Source: Heterodontus francisci
Lineage: Eukaryota
NCBI RefSeq assembly: GCF_036365525.1
Contig: NC_090371.1
Location: 136,644,737 to 136,708,736 of the forward strand
Direction of reading: 5' to 3'
DNA length: 64,000 bases
Part shown: piece by piece, positions 11,558 through 24,844 of the stretch
Layout: each line of letters opens with the position of its first letter
How positions within the stretch are numbered: the first letter of the stretch is position 1
Program-made: the position numbers and the translations under genes
The notes under the pieces: generated by a model
What the model was told of the DNA's origin: nothing
The model's database searches: none
What the model saw: the letters and a program-made list of their open reading frames with translations, nothing else

Positions 11558-13189
11558 GTAGGTATCTGTGCTCCTACCTCAGCTGGAATGTTAGGCTGGC
11601 CTTAAGCCAATAAGGGCTCAGTGAACAGGATAAAATTACAATTTAGATTTACGGGAAGTTGCCAGTGTTGCAGCAAAATTCTGGTTTGGTGACTTTAGGG
11701 GCAGGGCATAACAAGACAAAAACTTAACTTGTTTGAGGAAAAAGGAAACCAGAAGAATGAAACAGAGAGACTAAACAAATTGTGAATTAAACCTCACAAT
11801 CTTAGTTTGGGCTACAATAAGCTGGCAGCTTTTGCTGAACAGCCACAAGCAGGCTGAAAACAAGCTTTAGGAGAATAATGCCTCACACTCTAAGACTGGC
11901 TAGGAATTTTCCCTCGGAGTGCTGCAGCTTCTGAGCTGTTATTTAGCCCCCATGGAATGTGCAGCTTAGGTCAGCGAGAGTCAGGTATTTTAGATTAACT
12001 AGGTCTAATTGCAAGTTTCCCGAAATTTCATTACACTTTTGGTGCTCTCAAAGTGTTGTTTCAAAAAAACACACACTTGCACACAAGGAAGACAGATTTT
12101 ACTGCAGTGAATAGCATTAGAGGGAGTTTCTGGGCACTCCTTGTCGAGTTAACCTTGATAAAACAAGAAGATGTGGGTTGTATGCTGCCAAACCCTTTGC
12201 ACTTCACACTAAATGGCGATGAAGAAGCAGAAAATTGGCGTCTGAGGTCCTGAATCTAAAAAGAGGTAGGTCAAAAGTCTTGATTATTGTTTTTCCTCGA
12301 CTTTTTTTTCTCAAAGCCGATGTCTGGTGTCATGTTTTACAAGTAAATTTTTAGAAGTATTCACTGTTGATAATTTACTGCTGGAGGCAAGGCAGTCGTA
12401 AGTTTAGAATTCTACATCAGAAGCTGTGTAAATGAATAACTGTTTGTAAAATTGATCCATGGCTTAGAAAATAATGTTACATTACTTAACATGTGTTCAG
12501 CTATATAAGGATTGGGCAGGAACTGGTATGTTTCACATATAGAGCTTTAGATGTCACTGAACTGACAAAATATTGGTCTGTTACATGAAAGCACTGTGAG
12601 TCCTGCAGGTGCTGAATGAAACAGGGGAAAGGTTATGAAGGGTGCAGAGACTGGATTGGAGATACAAGTGTAATTCAGGCCAGACAGTTGAGAATCTTAA
12701 GACTTTCAGTAATTATGGTTCTATATTTAATCATGGATAACAGTGAACATTCTAGAAATCCAATAGTCAGATACAAATAATCTGGGAGCAAAAAAGCATC
12801 AACAAGTAGGGCAATTAGCATGTACATGCACAAGATTGCTAAAAAAAAAAGGCCCTGAAAGACAGCATTGGTTTGTTATAACAACTTAAAAGGCATTCGG
12901 AACTAGGGGCTGTTGGGCTCAGCAAAATATAGAGTGCTTGTTAAAGCATTGCTTTTCTTTACATTCTGTGGAAAGAAAATAAAAGTGTACATAACTCAGG
13001 TAATAATGTGTGTAGACCTCTTTGAGGAACAAATGGCTTCTCCTGTACTCCTCCTTTAGTTTGATTTTAATTAACCAATATAACTATTACTGAGATAACA
13101 AAAAAACATAAATATTGAAAATATGAACGAAAACAGAAAATGCAGGAAATAAGATCCATTAATACATGAAAAAGAAAATGGGCACAATG

Positions 13190-13490
13190 GGCGGCACAGT
13201 GGTTAGCACCGCAGCCTCACAGCTCCAGGGACCTGGGTTCGATTCTGGGTACTGCCTGTGCGGAGTTTGCAAGTTCTCCCTGTGACTGAGTGGGTTTTCG
13301 CCGGGTGCTCTGGTTTCCTCCCACAGCCAAAGACTTGCAGGTGATAGGTAAATTGCCCATTGTAAATTGCCCCTAGTGTAGGTCGGTGGTAGGGAATATG
13401 GGATTATTGTAGGGCTAGTATAAATGGGTGGCACAGACTCGGTGGACCAAAGGGCCTGTTTCAGTGCTGTATCTCTAAATAAATAAAAAC
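13190..13490 (+). mobile_element. HE1-like V-SINE
   Basis: gggcggcacagtggttagcaccgcagcctcacagctccagg head, V-domain, CR1-type tail and (taaa)n end. Confidence 0.88.
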
Positions 13491-15019
13491 TTTATTGGCA
13501 GAGGGCTCTCACCTCAATTGTTAGCATTTCAGCTGTCAAAACCATTAACAAAGTTTTGCGAAGGCTGTTCACTTTCCACCTACTCACTTTTAACCATTTT
13601 GTTTCTCATTTTGATTGCACAAAAAGTGCAGTCTGATTTGTATATTTCTTTATAAACCTTTGGCTTTCCCAACCATTAACCTGCTAAGAACTAAGGAATT
13701 TCATCAAAATTTAACTCCACTGGTATTTGAACTCAAGTCCAAGCCGAGAGGTGCGATCTGAACGGCCAAAATATTTGGCAAGACCCCACACATAGTAGAC
13801 TCCTTAGGGCATGTTGCAAAAAATTTAATAAATTATTGTAATAAAAGCAAATTACTGCCGATGCTGGGAATCTGAAATAAAAACACTAAGTGCTGGAAAT
13901 ACACAGCATGTCAGGCAGCATCTGTGAGGGAACACAAAATTGAACTATACAATTTTTGAGAAAATAATTTTGTTATTGATAAATTCATAAGTGACACATA
14001 AGAGCATAGGAACTAGGAGCAGGAGTAGGCAATTCAGCCCCTCGAGTCTGCACCGCCATTCAATACGATCACGGTTGATCTTATCTCGGCCTCAACTCCA
14101 CTTAACCAAAGATATTGGCCCTTGACCGGAAGGGGGAAGCCTAAGGCTTCCTTGGAGTGTGCTGGGGGGCAGACTCCTGCTTTTCATGGTCTTCAAGGAG
14201 TTCTGAACCTTGTGGAGTCCACAGCTTTCACTGCCAAGTTTCCTGACCCCAGGAAATCATCACAGAAGCAGCGAGTTTTAAATTGTGCTCGTGATTGCAT
14301 TCAAATATGTTAATCAAGTATCCCGCTTCAACACAAGACACTCAGACACCCCGACATCCGCAATAAAAAAAGCAGTGGGCGCATGTGTGGTGTGTTACTG
14401 ATGCATTTCTTGTATTTAATTCTTTAACACCTCTCCTACACAACCCATCCCTGCCCATCTTGTGGGTGGCAGGTGGTGGGAATTAATAATAAGGCCAATG
14501 ATTTTTTAATTTTCTCGAGGAAGTAACAACCCACTTGTTACTGATATAAAAAACTCTAATGTCCTTAATCAAGCTGTGGAATGTTGTCGAAAATGTCTGA
14601 ACAGTAACAGAGAAAATCCTAATTTATCCACAAAACTTTACTGAATTATTTTCTGACCGGCTAATATCTGTGTTCAACTAACGTACAGAATAATTTAGTA
14701 TGAGCGTTGTCAAGCAACGGTGTCAGTTGTATAAAACACATCAACATGTGTTCAGGCCCTCATGTGGTAGTGTTCACTTTCCTCTTCAAGAATGCTTTCA
14801 AATGAAACACAGATAAACATGTCAATTTTTGACATTGCTGGCAATTTGTATGTAGCAGTCTGATCAAATTATTTTGATGAACTACACTGCTTTTTTCCAG
14901 CAAAGAAGTGCAATTTAAACCTCAATATACATATTGCAAACTTAAGCAATGTCGACTTTAGGGCTGAAAGAAAATTGATTTTCAAAATCCCTAAAGGTTG
15001 ATACAATATCCTTAGAAAT

Positions 15020-17735
15020 ATTAGAGTCATAGAGTTATACAGCACAGAAACAAGCCCTTCAGCCCATCGTGTCTGTGCCGGCCATCAAGCACCTAACTAT
15101 TCTAATCCCATTTTCCAGCACTTGGCCCGTAGCCTTGTATGCTATGGCGTTTCAAGTGCTCATCTAAATACTTCTTAAATGTTGTGAGGGTTCCTGCCTC
15201 TACCACCGCTTCAGGCAGTGTGTTCTAGGTTCCAACCAGTGTGAAATCATTATTCCTCAAATCCTCTCTAAACCTCCTGTCCCTTACCTTAAATCTATGC
15301 TCCTTGGTTATTGACCTCTCTGCTAAGGGAAAAAGTTTCTTCCTATTTAATCGCTCATAATTTTGTATACCTCAATCAGGTTCCCCCTCAGCCTTCTCTG
15401 CTTTAAGGAAAACAACCCCAGCCTTTTCAGTTTCACTTCATAGCTGAAATGCTCCAGCCCAGGCAACACTCTGGTGAATATCCTCTGCACCCTCTCCAGT
15501 GCAATCACATCCTTCCTATAGTGTGGTGCCCAGAACTGTACACAGTATTCCAGGTGTGGCCTAACCAGCATTTTATACAGCTCCATCATAACCTCCCTGC
15601 TCTTATATTCTATGCCTCAGTTAATAAAGGCAAGTATCCCATATGCCTTCCTAACCACCTTATCTACCTGTGCTGCTGCCTTCAGTGATCTATGGACAAG
15701 TACACCAAGGTCCCTCTGACCTTTTCTACTTCCTAGGGTCCTACCATCCATTGTATATTCCCTTGCCTTGTTAGTCCTCCCAAAATGCATCACCTCACAC
15801 TTCTCAGGATTAAATTCCATTTGCCACTGCTCCACCCATCTTACCAGCCCATCTATATCGTCCTGTAATCTAAGGCTTTCCTCCTCACTATTTACAACAC
15901 CAGAAAATTTTGTGTCATCTGCGAACTTACTGATCATACCTCCTATATTCACATCTAAATCATTAATGTACACTACAAACAGCAAGGGTCCCAGCACCGA
16001 TCCCTGCGGTGTCCCATTGGTCATAGGCTTCCACTCGCAAAAACAACTCTCGATCATCACCCTCTGCCTCCTGCCACTAAGCCAATTTTGGATCCAATTT
16101 GCCAAATTGCCCTGGATCCCATGGGCTCTCACCTTCTTAACCAATCTCCCATGCGGGACTTTATCAAAAGCTTTACTGAAGTCCATGTAGACTATATCAA
16201 CTGCTTTAACCTCATCTACATATCTAGTCACCGCCTCGAAAAATTCAATCAAATTTGTTAGACACGATCTCCTTCTGATAAAGCCATGCCGACTATCCCT
16301 GATTAATCCCTGCCTCTCCAAGTGGAAATTAATCCTGTCCCTCAGAATTGTTTCAAATAGTTTCCCAACCACTGATGTTAGACTCACTGGCCTGTAATTA
16401 CCTGGTTTATCCCTACTACCATTGAATAATGGTACCACATTCGCTGTCCTCCAATCATCTGGTACCTCTCCTGTGGCCAGAAAGGATTTGAAAATTTGTG
16501 TCAGAGCCCCTACTATCTCCTCCCTTGCCTCACATAACAGCCTGGGATACATCTGAATGGGCCTGGGGATTTATCCACTTTTAAGCCCGCTAAAACAGCT
16601 AATACTTCCTCCCTTTCAATGCTAATATGTTCAAGTATATCACTATCCCCATTCCTGATCTCTACACCTACATCATCCTTCTCCATAGTGAACACAGATA
16701 TAAAGTAATCATTTAAAATCTCACCTATGTCCTCTGGCTCCACACACAGATTGCCACTTTGGTCCCTAATGGGCCCTACTCTTTCCCTGGTTATCCTCTT
16801 GCCCTTAATACACTTATAAAATACCTTAGGGGTTTCCTTTATCTAGCCCACCAGTGCTTTTTCATGTCCCCTCTTCGCTCTCCTAATTACTTTTTAAAAT
16901 ACCCCCCTACAATTTCTATACTCCTCTAGTACCTCCGCTGTTTACAGCGCTCTGAATCTGCCATAAGCCTCCTTTTATTTCCTTATCCAATCCTCTATAT
17001 CCCTTGACATCCAGGGTTCCCTAGACTTTTTGGTCCTGTCCTACCCTTCACCTTAACGGAACATGTTGGCTCTGAACTCTCACTATTTCCTTTTTGAATG
17101 ACTCCCACTGGTCTGGTATAGACTTTCCTACAAGTGGCTGCTCCCAGTCCACTTTGGCCAGATCCTATTTTATCATATTGAAATCGGCTTTCCCCCAATT
17201 CAGTACCTTTATTTCCGGTCCATCTTTGTCCTTTTCCATAACTACCTTAAATCTTACAGAGTTATGGTCACTATCCCCGAAATGCACCCCCACTGACACT
17301 TCTACCACTTGTCCGGCTTCATTCCCTAGGATTAGGTCCAGTACCGCCCCATCTCTTGTAGGACTTTCTACGTGCTGGTTCAAAAAGCTCTCCTGTATGT
17401 ATTTAAGAATTCCACCCCCTTTAAGCCTTTTGCACTAAGACTTTCCCAATTGATATTGGGGAAGTTGAAATCCCCTACTATTATTACCCTATTATTTTTA
17501 CACCTCTCTGAGATTTACCTACATATCTGCTCCTCTATCTCTTCCTGACTATTTGGAAGCCGGTAGTACACACCCAGCAAAATGATTGCCCCCTTTTTGT
17601 TTTTAAGTTCCACCCATATGGCCTCATTTGAGGAACCTTCTAAGATATCATCCCTCCTTACTACAGTAATTGACTCCTTGATCAATAGTGCAATGCCACC
17701 TCCTCTTTTACCCCCTCCCCTGTCCCGCCTGAAGA
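15020..17735 (-). mobile_element. CR1 (HER1-like) LINE, 5'-truncated, ORF2 endonuclease end + RT + 3' tail
   Basis: ORFs 17165-17383 (PTRDGAVLDLILGN..GDSDH), 15617-16552 (RT: NYRPVSLTS, YMDFSKAFDKV, PQGSVLGP, FADD) and 15347-15589; (ctctatga)n tail; frameshifted. Confidence 0.95.
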
Positions 17736-17829
17736 TTCCCTTTTCTGGTTATTCTACTTCGTAAGTGGGTGTTCTTTGCTGTTGTTAACCCGTCTGCAGC
17801 AACCTCCCGTCAACTGTGTATGTCAAGCA

Positions 17830-18110
17830 AAGTCAGACTTCAAAGGAGAGATTGAGGTGACCGAAAGCTTGGTCAAAGAGACAGATTCTAAGAAAAGTGT
17901 TACCAGAGGAGAACGAAGTAGAGAAGTAAAGCAGTCTAGGGAGGGAACTCCAGAGCATGAAGCATAGATGGTTGAAGGCAAGACTGTCCATCAAGGAGCA
18001 AAGGAAAGGGAATGCATAAAAGGCTGGAGTCAAAGTAAAGGAGGGGGTCAAGCAATTATAAGGTGGAGGAAGCTACAGAAAGAGAGGGGCACGTTCATGG
18101 AGTAGGAATA
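17830..18110 (-). mobile_element. Old L2 3' fragment
   Basis: aaagcttggtcaaagag...gggaactccagagc similarity to the other L2 tails. Confidence 0.55.
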
Positions 18111-20929
18111 TTGTTTGGTCAATGTACTATAAGTTTGCCACTCTTGTGTATATTACATAGAATTTACAGCACAGAAATTGGCCATTAAGTCCAACTGGTC
18201 TATATCAGCATTTATACTGGACACAAGCAAATATATGGGTTGATAATGCAATTGAAAATGCTGAAATGTAACATTGCTCCATTTGCCAGGACCTTTATTT
18301 TCAGGCCTACTTTGTATTGGATGCACACTGCACATCTACATAGAGTCATACAGCCAAAGAGTCATCGGCCATTCAGCCCACCGAGTCTGTGCTAGCTCTC
18401 TGAAGAGCAATCCAGTCAGTACATGATTATGAACTGCTAGGAACCTGCACACAAACTGTGTTCAAGGCTCCAGTTTTTATGTAAATGATGTTTGGTTTTT
18501 GTTTAGAAGATCTGTTAACAGAGACTGAAGATTTTTAAAAAAGTAGTGGTAAGTGTAGCTTACAAATGTCACTGTGAGTGGAAGCTTTTCTCACTGGCTA
18601 TGAATGGAGAAGGAGAAAAGCCACCCCAGATGTTAGTAATTTGGGTAGTTGAATGGGAAGTGTTGTCTGCTATGTGTAGGGCCACAGTTATCATTACTAT
18701 AAACTGTGCATATCAGGCTTGGCTATAATTTTCTGCAGAGTTGTATAGTCTTTTGTTGCTGCCTAGGTTGATGTAATAGTGGCCATTTTCTGAGATATTG
18801 TAGTGCCACTCCAAACCATGGAATCCCACTATAGCCTTGAGGAGACCAGCTGAGAACATTTCAATTTCCATTTTATGCTAATAGCCTGATCGTGTACATT
18901 GTAACAATGATTGAATTATTTGGAAGAATATTAAGAAAGTAGCTAATGAGAAGCTAGTGAACTGACTAGGTAATCAGATATGTGTTTGTACAAATACTGT
19001 ACTACCCACAGTGAACCAGTTGTAGTGAGTTGGTACTGAGTTAGGCTCCTTTTTATATTGCAACCTGGATCTTGGGAGAGCGACCGATCTGCCTGTCCTC
19101 CTGCATTTATTTGTGTCACCTGCACCTGTGAATCTTACTATTTCATGCAAGCACATACAGGTAGTGACAATTTGGCCATTGTGACAAGGCACTGGCATTG
19201 TGATGTCAATGGAAAGTGATGTTCATAATTGGGAATCACTGTTAATGAAGGCGTTAATGGAAAGAGGCCTGGCAACTGTAATTTATGGCTTTCCTTGTGG
19301 GAGACCAGGAAAGTTGGAAGAGTATTTTGCCACTCTGTCAGGAGCCAGGGCATATTAGCCGAAGAGTCAAGTTTTACCAAAGGCACATTGCTACAAATTC
19401 TTGATTGCTGTGCTTCTGACAGCAATGATTGGTCTGAAATTAATTGCTGCTGTGAGACTGGCATTAAAGCCCTAACACTTCTTGGTTAAGTATGCCTGCT
19501 TTGTGCAGACATACTTTTCTTTGACCCTAGTAAATGTAGAGCACTCAGGATTTCTGGTCATCCCACCAGTCCAGTTTCTTTGAGTGAAGTATGCGGGTGG
19601 GTCCAAGAAATGCCATGAAACAAAAGGAGCAGAGATCCAGCAGAACTGGTCCCTGGCCCAGATTCCGTCGCCTTTCCCTGCCAGGACTAGTCTCCCACCC
19701 AGGAATTTCAAGGCCCATTTTCCATTACAAAAAAGCAAAACTTTTACCATGATTATAAAATACTTTTTATGCAGATTGTGCCTTTAATGAAGCTGAAGTG
19801 TAGCTCTCTCCACAACTGTTAACTTCTTTGCATTCAGTAATGTTAGCATTCGTACAGTATTTAATGAGAGGCCACAACCAATTCTGAGTTAGGAGAGGAG
19901 GAGGTTAACAAGGAAGTAAAATTATAACAGCCTTCTCATGTTTCCTTGCAAATGTAAAAAAAAATTCACAACAAAAACAGCTCTGGGTACACCTAGACCC
20001 TGCCAAGATCAGGCACATCTTCTCTGTGGGCTTCTGAACACAATGTGGCCTTTGTAAGTCTGAGAGACGGGAGGGTTTGGTAACACAAGAAACTTGATGG
20101 TGCGCAACCTTTTCCCAATAACTGCTAACACGACAGCCTAAACTTTCGACTTTTTATCTACTGAAAAACAGTATTGAACTCTTTGTTTTTCTGTTGATGA
20201 CCTCAAAACTTTAGATTATTACTTTCACAGTAAGGAGTGTGGTGTCTTGCATTCATATTTGAACTTTTCCAGGGGAAAGTAATCAGTAACTATAATTATA
20301 GACTTTGTATCTGCTTAAAAAAAGGGACAAATTGCTTCAATTTCTTTGTGTGAAATGGAGGCAGGACTCAGTTAAAATTAAAAAGTCTATTGAAAAGGAT
20401 GTTTGTCGTTTTTTGGGTTGGGGGATCCCATTTCAAAGTAAGCATGCCACGTAATAAAGAGCTCCTTCTCCCTCACCCATTCCTCCTGTCTTCTCATGAA
20501 GGTACTGGCCCCTGTTGGAGTACAGTTCTATAGACTAATTTCCTGATACCTTGATCAGTTGGCCGTTTTTCACATAATGAAGCCAGTGACTGCCAATAAT
20601 TGCTGTATTGGTCACATGGGGCAAGCACAATTCTGCCCTCATCTGATATTCACACATTCCAATGGGGGTCACTAGATGGCTGTCAGGAACGGGAACCTTA
20701 GTTGCTCATTTCCTCTCCCCACCCATTGGACACTAAGGTCAAATGACTCTGACCCAAGCTGACACATCCAACTTAGCACAGCCTAGGGATTACATTTGAT
20801 GCCTTACTTGTCTGTATTATTGTAATTAATGTCATTTAGTTACAGCCAATGAATTCAGTCTGAATAAATGAATACATTCCAAACTTTCTTCTTTTAGAAA
20901 AATTTGGACCATTATCTTTTAAAAAAAAT

Positions 20930-22560
20930 AATTCTCAAGATATGGGCATCACCGGCTAGGCAAGCATCCTTAGTTGCCCTTGAGAAGGTGGGGTTGGTTC
21001 TTCTTGAACCACTGTAGCCCATGCGATGAAAGTACTCCCACATTAGTTAGGGAGTTCCAGGATTTTGATATATGTAAAAGATGGGATGGAGTGTAACTTG
21101 AGGGTGAGGAATCTCTTGAATCATAGACAGGTACAGGACAGAAGAAGGCCGTTTGGCCCATTGTGTCTGTGCCAGCTCTCTGCAAGAGCAACTCACCTAG
21201 TCCCACTCCCCTGCTTTTTCCCTATAGCCCTGCAAAGATTTTCTCTTCAGATAATCATTCAATCTTCTTTTGTTCTTCTGATCATATACACCTGCCTTTT
21301 TAACCATATTCTTCTAGGTGGTGGAGGTCACAGGTATCAGAGGTGCTGCCAAAGAAACCATAGTGACTTTTTGCAGTGTGTCTTGGAGACAGAACATACT
21401 GCAGCCACGTTATGCCAGTGGAGGAGGGAGTGAATCTTAAAGCAAATGGACTGTTCTTGCTACAATTGTACAGGGCTTTGGTGAGACCACACCTGGAGTA
21501 CTGTGTGCAGTTTTTGTCTCCATACTTAAGGAAGGATGCACTTGCATTAAGCATCTCATCTGGGATGAGATGGTTGTCCTTTTATGAGAAGCTGAGTAAA
21601 TTGGGTCTATACTCTCTGGAGTTTAGAAGAATGAGAGGTGACCTCATTGAAAGATTCTGAAGAGACTTGACAAGGTAGACACTGAGATGTTGTTTCCTCT
21701 GGCTGGGGAATCCAGAACACCCAGAATGTTGTGGATGATCCATCATTAAGTATATTTATGGCTGAGATAGACAGATTTTTGGCCTCTCAGGGAATCAAGG
21801 GATATGGGGAGCAGGTGGGAAAGTGGAGTTGAGGCAGAAGGTCACCATGATCAAACTGAATGCTGGTGCAGGTATGGTCTACTCCTGCTCCTATTTCTTA
21901 CATTCTTATGCTTTGTCCTGGATGGTGTTGACTTTCTTGAGTGTGAATACAGCATCACCCATCCAGGCAAGTGAAGAATATTTCATCATGCTCCTCCTGA
22001 CTTTGTCCTGTAGGTCAAGAGGCTTTGGGAATCAGGAAACAAGTCAATCACTGCAGAACCTCCAACCTCAGACCTGTTTTAGTAACCACAACATTTATAT
22101 GGCAAGTTCAGCTTTTGGTTAATTGTGATCTCCCAGGATGTTGATGGCTGTGATGCCATTAATGTCATGGGAAGGTGGTTATTTTTTTTTATTCATTCAT
22201 GGGATGTGGGCGTCACTGGCTAGGCCAGCATTTATTGCCCATCCCTAATTTCCCTTGAGAAGGTGGTGGTGAGCTGCCTTCTTGAACCGCTGCAATCCAT
22301 GTGGGGTAGGTACACCCACAGTGCTGTTAGGAAGGGAGTTCCAGGATTTTGACCCAGCGACAGTGAAGGAACGGCAATATAGTTCCAAGTCAGGATGGTG
22401 TCAGGAAGGTGGTTATGCAATCGCTCTTGCTAAAGATGGTGATGACCTGGCACTTATGTGGCACAAATGCTACTTGCCACTTGCTGCATGCAGGCATGAA
22501 CTGCACTATTATCTGAGGAATTGCAAATAGCCCTGAACGCTATGCAACCATCAGTGCTAT
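20930..22560. mobile_element. Composite of CR1/L2-group LINE fragments (minus strand) interrupted by a + strand CR1 3' end (about 21445-21905)
   Basis: [16 protein letters not shown]...LEFRRMRGDLI on +; ttgcccatccctaatt and ccttgagaaggtgg tail motifs on -. Confidence 0.7.
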
Positions 22561-24664
22561 CATTGGAACAGTGTAGAAGGTTAAACACAGAGAGATCAGA
22601 ATAGGCCAGAGAATTGAAGTGGCAAGCAACAGGGAGTTTGGAGTCGCACTTAACTTCAATTTAAAAGAAAATCTGGCGGGGTGTAAAACGACTGCTGATT
22701 TGTTATCCCCCATTTTACACGACCGCCAAAATCAAATTTCACTCCATAGAATGAATGACCTGTAAAGTGCTAAAGTAGAGATCAGGAAATGGTTAAAGGG
22801 CAGAAATGAAGAAAAAAGGAGGCACAATGAGAGAAATTATAGAAATAAGAGACAAATATGAGCCACAGAGAAGAAGAGCTAAAAGGAAATAGATAAGCAG
22901 AATGGGAAGCATGAAAAACAAGCCAAGTAGAGCAGGCTTTACCAACCCAGGAGACTGGTGGAAAAAGAAGGTGTTTTGACAACAAGAGTGTAAATCACCC
23001 CACCTGTACAGCATTGGAATGATGCTGGGGGTGGGGGGTGGGGGGTGGGGTAGGTGTTGTTGGGTGGTCTCCACCTATAGCACTGGTCTGCTCACCTCCC
23101 CTATCCCCAGGAACGCCAGCACATTCATCCCACACTGTTAGCACCTGCTGCCATACAGAAAATGAGAGCTGTGGTTAAGGTCTGAAGTTGCTAAAGTTGC
23201 TATCAAGGCTAGAGGGCTGGAAAGTCTCATGTGCTCTTCCTCAAGTTTGCATTGAACTTTATTGGAACAGTGTAGAAGTGCAAAGGCAGAGTGGCTGAAG
23301 AATTGAAGTGGCAAGTGACATGGACTTTGGGGAACATACTTGCAGATAGCAAAGTGATCACCAAATCTGCAATGCAGGACCCCAATGTTTGTCCCTCAGT
23401 TTATACTGAGGTAACTGATCTCAACCAGAGTAGATTTAGGAAAACCAGTAGATAGCATCTCTGGCTCCCAGAGGTTCCTGATTCTGATTGCTATGCAGCG
23501 ACTTCTGCTGGAAAGTGTACTTGTGGTTATCAGATGAGCACAGAATTGGGTTCAGCTGTGATGCTCTCTCTGTCCATTGATGGAAGGTTACAGCAGATTG
23601 GAAAGCTTTCCTTTAATTTCTGGAACATATATTTAAGTCAACTGAAAGGATAATGTAGCGAAATGAATTTGGGCAGTTTCCAGTTAGTTCCTGGTGGAAA
23701 TGAACCCACATCATTAATGCAGCACTAATTACCACTAAAGCAATAAATTTACATCAAATAAGTTGATATAGAAATTTTACACTGATCCTTTTAATTCAGT
23801 GGAAGCAGGACTCAGTTAAAGTTAAGAGTTTCATTGAAAAGTGTGTTTATCTATTCAGTTTGGTTGACACTTTCCCATTATTTGTATCAATTATGACCAT
23901 CACGCATTCATGGTGAATGAGATTGGTTGATGCTGGAACCGAATACAAATAACGGAAAACAGTTCCATTCTTTGACAAACATAACAATCGCATCCATAAT
24001 TAAAGAAATAAAAAAGGGCCTAATGCCAATAGATTTTAGGTGATGCATGCCTGTGGATTTGTTTAGTTATATGCATGACAGCCAATGTTTTTGTTTTAAA
24101 TTGCGAAGTTTTTTTCTCTTTCCTTTAAATTTCACTTCAGTTGTGTAAGCTCCGTGAATCAGACCTGACATCACCACCACCATCACATTTCTCAGTTTTT
24201 TCAATTTTTCTCTTTTCAGCCCCTTTAGAACACCCTCATACATGAGTCCCAACATCCTTTACTTTGAGAACATCTTCACTAGCTTTGATTTTAAGTAAGC
24301 TTCCAGTGATGTGCTGAGGATAACCATTATCTTTAGCTACTGGAATTATCCTTCATTTCTATAAGATCTATCTCCCATCTTCAATGAGAAAAAGCATCAC
24401 AACTTCAGACCAGATTATAGACTTAAATTATTAAGCAAATTTATTTTACAAAAAATGAAGAAGCAAATAACAAATGGTGGTCTAAATACACACAGACAGA
24501 TAAGCAGATAGATAAAAGGAAAAAATTGTTTGGATAGCGCCACTTCAAGCAGTGCTGAGCAGACTACATTGATTCCCCAAGGGTAGGCAGTGTTAAACTC
24601 CAGAAAGCTGGTTATAGAAGGTTAACAAGATTAACAAGCAGTGCCCAATCCAGCATTCCTCAAT

Positions 24665-24844
24665 TCTTCTCTTCTTCTTCTTCTTCTCTTCTTCTTTGGC
24701 CTCCTTGTCTTGAGAGACAATGGGTAAGCGCCTAGAGGTGGTCAGTGATTTGTGGAGCAGCGCCTGGAGTGGCTATAAAGGCCAATCCTAGAGTGACAGA
24801 CTCTTCCACAGGTGCTGCAGATAAAATTGGTTGTCGGGGCTGTT
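24665..24844 (-). mobile_element. RTE LINE extreme 3' fragment with (GAA)n tail
   Basis: Minus strand encodes FICSTCGRVCHSRIGLYSHSRRCS (C-terminal zinc finger); end sequence matches 61316-61360. Confidence 0.75.

Noticed and set aside
13190-13260. tRNA-like A and B boxes
   Set aside because: SINE head, not a tRNA gene; no full cloverleaf.
18494-18530. GGTTTTTGT resembling a V(D)J RSS nonamer
   Set aside because: No heptamer at 12 or 23 spacing and no J-segment FGxG motif.
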